Assembly: GCA_946415795.1 (NCBI GenBank)
Contig: CAMKTW010000001.1
Coordinates: 1 to 39,377, forward strand
Origin: an uncultured Bacteroidales bacterium
GTDB taxonomy: Bacteria; Bacteroidota; Bacteroidia; Bacteroidales; UBA932
Reading direction: 5' to 3'
Length of the DNA: 39,377 nucleotides
In this document: piece after piece, positions 36,001 through 39,377 of the stretch
Numbering within the stretch: the stretch's first letter is position 1
Layout: each line of letters opens with the position of its first letter
Translations under genes and position numbers: made by a program
The notes under the pieces: model-generated
Told to the model about the DNA's origin: nothing
Databases searched by the model: none
What the model saw: the letters and a program-made list of their open reading frames with translations, nothing else

Positions 36001-36268
36001 CAGCCGTCTTACCGTCCGACGCATCGGTCACCTGATAGTGCTCGTTGACGGTGCTCCCCACAAAGATGCTCACCTGGTCCCCAAGCGTCCAGAGCACATT
36101 GAGATTATCCAGCGATGTCTTGGTGCCTATGTCGGTTGCATCGCCGACAATGGCCTCCATGGTGGCTGTGAAACTTTTGCCCTCGGGGGCAAATTCGCCC
36201 TCCTCTTTAACCTGGCAGCCGCATACTGCAAATAAAGCCAAAAGGCCTAATACTAAACTTCTTTTCAT
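33002..36268 (-). CDS. surface lipoprotein: fimbrillin-like N-terminal domain plus three FISUMP/DUF1566-like lectin modules separated by two Big_2 Ig-like domains (paralogue C)
   Basis: Lipobox LFAVCGC. The N-terminal 300 aa align with paralogue A (FTAT.E...TKT.L....V.W..GD.VS.F.GST.NE.Y.V.D). Lectin modules lie at about 34760-35366, 33908-34483 and 33005-33636. Big_2 domains lie at about 34500-34744 and 33652-33893. Confidence 0.88.
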   Translation of the reverse strand: MKRSLVLGLLALFAVCGCQVKEEGEFAPEGKSFTATMEAIVGDATDIGTKTSLDNLNVLWTLGDQVSIFVGSTVNEHYQVTDASDGKTAAALFRVENPESVPSEAISNNVAFYPYEATAGIVQNGSSYVISDIVFPYTQYFAQASFGNGAFPMVAVTSSASDYNLKFKNVLGGLKLRLKGTAEITSVSITGNNGELLCGSAEVTASADNAPSVEMTDADGTRATLICQEYVQLSETEATAFIIALPPMTMEGGFTVVVCDSQGASMEIKTTRSQTITRSNILSMPAVTYVGTAPYVPPVPEAVDMGLPSGVKWATFNLGAGAPEEYGDYYAWGETEPYYTEGHAQDNPCSNWKDGKSEGYVWSTYKWCEGSESSLTKYFIDDDKMELDLEDDAASANWGGDWRMPTQEDWAELMANCNWTWTTRNGVNGQLATSRLNNNSIFFPAAGDRQGTYFYHAGSTGGYWSSTVNPETTSNARYADFYSATIRFANAPRYYGFPVRPVSDEDVIRVTGVTLDPGNISLTEGETATLTATVAPSSASRPAVSWSSSDTDVASVDANGTVTAVAAGTATITVTTIDGGFTATCTVTVNAALTAVDLGLPSGRKWAPFNLGATAPEEYGDYYAWGETEPDSDYSWASYQWCDNGNGSVLTRYNTKGYGTVDHRTDFICYGYEDDAARASWGDGWRMPTIDEWQELIDNCTSTWTTRNGVTGDLLTGPNGNSIFLPAAGYRRNSNSYRVGTTCDYWSSSLDKYTPTGAMGLNVSASDMSYDGYYHRYLGLAVRPVKDDSEWVPVTGISLPLGAVSLTVGQTYSMNATVSPSNATHKHIVWKSYNTSVASITWEGKVMALSAGTATIVGTTCDGDYSASYQAVVKEHEAVDLGLTSGIKWANCNVGAFAADEYGDYFAWGETDPYYMSGHSQDNPCSDWRSRTNPAITGYDWASYKWCNGSSYTLTKYNTRGAYGTIDNKTVLDLADDAAYANWGGSWRMPTEAEWTELQNECTWTWTALYGKNGYQVTGPNGKSIFLPAAGYRYATNRDSVGSLGAYWSSTLDTFDPYKAMGVGFDSVGPSAGSAVRAYGYSVRPVKD

Positions 36269-36292
36269 GGTAAGACTGTTATTATCATTGTT

Positions 36293-36421
36293 CTACCATT
36301 CACCTTCTGTCTCGGTTACCTGCTCGTTCTCGCCGGAGGTCTGGCAGATTCTATGCCGGATACGTACAGTAATTACTTCGCTTACAGGTGCGTCGTAAAC
36401 ATTTTTCGTCAATTTTTTCAT
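36293..36421 (-). CDS. conserved 42-aa upstream ORF (copy C): MKKLTKNVYDAPVSEVITVRIRHRICQTSGENEQVTETEGEW
   Basis: ATG 36421, TAG 36295-36293, 24 nt before the ATG of the 1088-aa lipoprotein. It shares MKKL, (N/S)VY.APV, IC and VTETxGEW-TAG with copies A and B. Confidence 0.6.
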   Translation of the reverse strand: MKKLTKNVYDAPVSEVITVRIRHRICQTSGENEQVTETEGEW

Positions 36422-36465
36422 AAAGCTTTATTATTAATTTCCATATATGCATAAGCCATATTTTA

Positions 36466-36496
36466 CAAATTTATGTATTTATCTGCCAATTAGCAA
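36466..36496 (-). promoter_or_regulatory. promoter TTGC-N19-TAAATTTG for uORF C and lipoprotein C
   Basis: -7 box is rc of 36466-36473 and TTGC is rc of 36493-36496. The spacing and -7 sequence are the same as at 18369..18399. Confidence 0.5.
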
Positions 36497-36530
36497 CAAA
36501 AAAGGCTGACCGCAATGGCCAGCCTCTTTT
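36496..36530 (-). terminator. rho-independent (bidirectional-looking) terminator of secDF
   Basis: AGGCTGaCC-GCAAT-GGcCAGCCT hairpin (36503-36525) flanked by an A tract and a T tract. Confidence 0.75.
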
Positions 36531-36547
36531 GACAAGGTGATTTTCCC

Positions 36548-39377
36548 TTATTTTTTGGTAACCTTTTCGGCGGCCTTCTCCTCACGCTTGCGGTTGAGGT
36601 CGTACATAATGGGGGTACCGATGAAGATGGATGCGTAGGTACCTACAATCACACCGAGTGTCAGGGCAACTGCGAAACCGCGGATGCTCTCGCCGCCAAA
36701 GATTGCGATTGCCACCAAAACGAGCAGGGTAGTAATGGAGGTGTTCAAAGTACGGCTCAAGGTCGCATTGACCGCGTCGTTGATGTTCTCCTTGAGGGAA
36801 CGCTTGGGATAGAGAGTCTTGTATTCGCGGATACGGTCAAAGATCACCACGTTGTCGTTGATTGAGTAACCGATTATGGTGAGGACTGCCGCGATGAAGG
36901 TCTGGTCGACATCCAAGGTGAACGGCAGGATTCCGCTGAACAGCGAGAAGAAGCCGATCATGATGAGGGCGTTGTGTACCAGCGATGTCACGCCGCCGAC
37001 ACCCCAGGTCCAGTTGGTGAACCTCAGGGCGATGTAGGCGAAGATTGCAATGAGCGCCAGGATTACTGCGATGATTGCGTCGCGCTGCATCTCGCTCGCG
37101 ATGGAGGCATCCACGCGGTCGGAGGAGATGATACCGTTGGGGTTGTTCAGGGTAGAGGTGAACTCTTCCTGGCTCATCTGGTTTGCGAAGAAACCCTTCA
37201 GGGCGTTGTATATCTTGCCTTCAATCTCTTTGTCTGTCTGCTGGCTGCGGTCGTTCACCTTATATTTAGTGGTAATACGCATCTGTGACGCACCGCCGAA
37301 CTGCTTTACCTCGGCTGCCTCGCCAAACTCCTGCATCGTAGCGGCACGAACCTGCTCTGCGGTAACCGGCTGGTCAAAGCGGACAACATAAGTACGACCG
37401 CCGCTGAAATCGACGCCGTAGCTGAAGCCTTTGGTGAAAATGCTTACCAGGGCAATTACACAGAGGATACCGGAGATGATGTATGTGGTCTTGCGCAGCT
37501 TGATGAAGTCGATATGGGTATTCTTGAGGAAGTTGCGGGTTGCGGGGGAATCAAAGCTGATGTCTTTGTTGCGGGCCAGCCTTGCCTCGAAGATAAGTCT
37601 CGGGATAAAGATGGAGGTGAATACGGAGGTGATGATACCGATTACCAGCACGGCTGCGAAGCCCTTGACGGGACCGCTGCCGAAGAAGAACAGGATGATA
37701 CCGGTAATCAGGGTGGTCAGCTGACCGTCGATGATAGCGGAGTATGCATTCTTGTAACCGTCGGATATTGCTAGGCGGAGCGACTTGCCGCTGCGCAGCT
37801 CCTCTTTTACACGCTCATATATGATGACGTTGGCATCCACGGCCATACCCATAGTGAGCACGAGACCTGCGATACCGGGGAGGGTGAGCACCGCACCAAA
37901 CGATACCAGGGCACCGAAGAGGAACAGCACGTTGCACAGCAGCGCAAAGTCTGCTGCAAAACCTGCACGGCGGTAGAAGATTGCCATATAGATGAGCACG
38001 CACAGGAAGGCGAGCAGGAATGAAATCATACCGCTCTTGATGGACTGGCTACCCAGGGAAGGTCCCACGACCTGCTCCTGAACGATGCGGGCGGGGGTGC
38101 TGAGCTTACCGCTCTTGAGCACGGTTGCAAGGTCTTCTGCCTCTTCAGGGGTGAAATTGCCGGTAATCTGGCTGCTGCCGCCGCTGATCTTTGTCTGTAC
38201 GTTGGGGTATGAGTAAACCAGATCGTCCATAACGATGGCGATCTGCTTGCCTACGTTCTGCTCTGTGATGACCTCCCAGCGTGCGCTGCCGGTAGAGTTC
38301 ATAGTCATACTGACCTCTGCCGCACCGGAAATCTGGCTGTAGTTGACGCGGGCGGAGGTAATCACGCCGCCGTCCAGGACGGGACCCTTGCCGGCTGCGC
38401 TCTTGAGGGCAATCAGCTCAAAGTACTGGCCGCTCTTATCATAAGCGCTGGGCTTGAAGGTGAGGGCCGGAACAAAGTCGTTGGGGAACTCCACGCTGCT
38501 TGTGCGGAGCATCCGCATAACCTCAGCGGTGTCGCGGTAGTGAACGTAACCAAGGCAGGCGCTGTTTGCACCAGTCTGCTGAAGGCGGCCGAACAGGGGG
38601 TTGGCCTTGCGATAGGCCTCCATCTGGTCGTTCTCGCTCTGCTCTGCAGTAGCGGAGATGTTATTCAGCAGGCTGTCAACCCCGGGTGCAGTTTCTGTAG
38701 CTTCCACTGCCTCACCTTCTGCTGCAGGCTCTTCAGAAGCCTCGACAGCTGCCAGTCTGGATGCCTCGTTGCGGTTCAGCTCCTGCAGGAAGGGCATAAT
38801 TTCGTTTGCTGTGTAGGTCTGCCAGAACTCAAGGGATGCGGTACCCTGGAGGAGCTTACGTACACGCTCAGGCTCCTTCACGCCAGGGAGCTCCACGAGG
38901 ATGCGGCCGGTGCGGGCGATTTTCTGGATGTTGGGCTGTGCCACGCCAAACTGGTTGACACGGCGCTCCACAACTGTATAGGAGTTGTTGATTGCGCTCT
39001 CAGCCTCTTTGCGGAGAAGCTCTATAATCTCATCGTTGGTGATCTTGGACTTGTTTGCAACATCGCTGCTGAACTTGTCAAGGTCAATGTCGAACGAGAG
39101 CCTCTGCTCGCCGGCAACCTCTTTCCAGGCCTCAGCGAAAAGGGTGATGAAGTCGGTGTGGGTCTCTTCTGCACGCTGACGCGCCAGCGAGAGTGCCTTG
39201 TTGAATTCATCGGTGGTCTTTTCGCGGGCGCAGTTGCGAACCAGCTCGCCAAGGTCCAGCTGCAGCATTACGTTCATACCGCCCTTGAGGTCCAGACCCA
39301 GGTTGATCTCTTTCTCCTTTACATCCTTGTATGTGTAGCCGAGGTAAACTTTCTCGGTGGATATGGAGTCGATGTAC
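36548..39377 (-). CDS. secDF: protein translocase subunit SecDF (fused), 5' end outside the window
   Basis: The frame stays open to the window edge. The conserved LGLDLKGG motif is encoded just upstream of the track's Met at 39277. Two SecD/SecF 6-TM modules are present (MAVDANVIIYER, SINDNVVIFDRIRE). Confidence 0.93.
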   Translation of the reverse strand, partial: YIDSISTEKVYLGYTYKDVKEKEINLGLDLKGGMNVMLQLDLGELVRNCAREKTTDEFNKALSLARQRAEETHTDFITLFAEAWKEVAGEQRLSFDIDLDKFSSDVANKSKITNDEIIELLRKEAESAINNSYTVVERRVNQFGVAQPNIQKIARTGRILVELPGVKEPERVRKLLQGTASLEFWQTYTANEIMPFLQELNRNEASRLAAVEASEEPAAEGEAVEATETAPGVDSLLNNISATAEQSENDQMEAYRKANPLFGRLQQTGANSACLGYVHYRDTAEVMRMLRTSSVEFPNDFVPALTFKPSAYDKSGQYFELIALKSAAGKGPVLDGGVITSARVNYSQISGAAEVSMTMNSTGSARWEVITEQNVGKQIAIVMDDLVYSYPNVQTKISGGSSQITGNFTPEEAEDLATVLKSGKLSTPARIVQEQVVGPSLGSQSIKSGMISFLLAFLCVLIYMAIFYRRAGFAADFALLCNVLFLFGALVSFGAVLTLPGIAGLVLTMGMAVDANVIIYERVKEELRSGKSLRLAISDGYKNAYSAIIDGQLTTLITGIILFFFGSGPVKGFAAVLVIGIITSVFTSIFIPRLIFEARLARNKDISFDSPATRNFLKNTHIDFIKLRKTTYIISGILCVIALVSIFTKGFSYGVDFSGGRTYVVRFDQPVTAEQVRAATMQEFGEAAEVKQFGGASQMRITTKYKVNDRSQQTDKEIEGKIYNALKGFFANQMSQEEFTSTLNNPNGIISSDRVDASIASEMQRDAIIAVILALIAIFAYIALRFTNWTWGVGGVTSLVHNALIMIGFFSLFSGILPFTLDVDQTFIAAVLTIIGYSINDNVVIFDRIREYKTLYPKRSLKENINDAVNATLSRTLNTSITTLLVLVAIAIFGGESIRGFAVALTLGVIVGTYASIFIGTPIMYDLNRKREEKAAEKVTKK

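Overview
This window is a chromosomal segment that looks Bacteroidales-type (Bacteroidota). The signs are TAnnTTTG -7 promoter boxes, no Shine-Dalgarno sequences, many lipoproteins with Cys lipoboxes, a fused SecDF, and DUF2723 and DUF4271-HemD neighbourhoods. Flanking genes run in the mid-50s % GC by hand count.

Most of the window is housekeeping: exuT-uxaC, sufB-pnuC-sufC-sufD, thiL, ispE, pepP, groES-groEL, tadA, tRNA-Gln(UUG), a PPTase, uvrC, yciH, rnpA-yidD and secDF (5' end off-window).

Four parts look accessory or unusual:

1. Two loci (16.6-19.0 kb and 33.0-36.5 kb) encode surface lipoproteins with a fimbrillin-like N-terminal domain and FISUMP/DUF1566-like C-type-lectin-fold modules. 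Each lipoprotein is preceded by an unannotated 42-44 aa upstream ORF ending ...VTETxGEW-TAG. The peptide is conserved at the amino-acid level: every A/B nucleotide difference in its C-terminal 19 codons is synonymous. In a third copy the peptide is fused in frame to the C-terminal half of a lectin module. I do not recognise this peptide family, and it is my best candidate for something new.
2. An AT-rich islet (about 39% GC in a hand-counted sample) at 10.8-12.1 kb carries an orphan ParA ATPase and a small ribbon-helix-helix protein. It is bracketed by an 18-nt iteron and has a 13-bp inverted repeat over the parA promoter.
3. A roughly 260-nt GC-rich non-coding element with nested terminal inverted repeats lies next to a 5'-truncated Rpn/PD-(D/E)XK transposase remnant.
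4. An FGE/SUMF1-fold lipoprotein has a C-terminus that resembles a DGR variable region, but there is no TR or RT in the window.

I found no CRISPR array, rRNA or intact mobile element. All calls rest on reading the sequence and on remembered family motifs; no searches were run.
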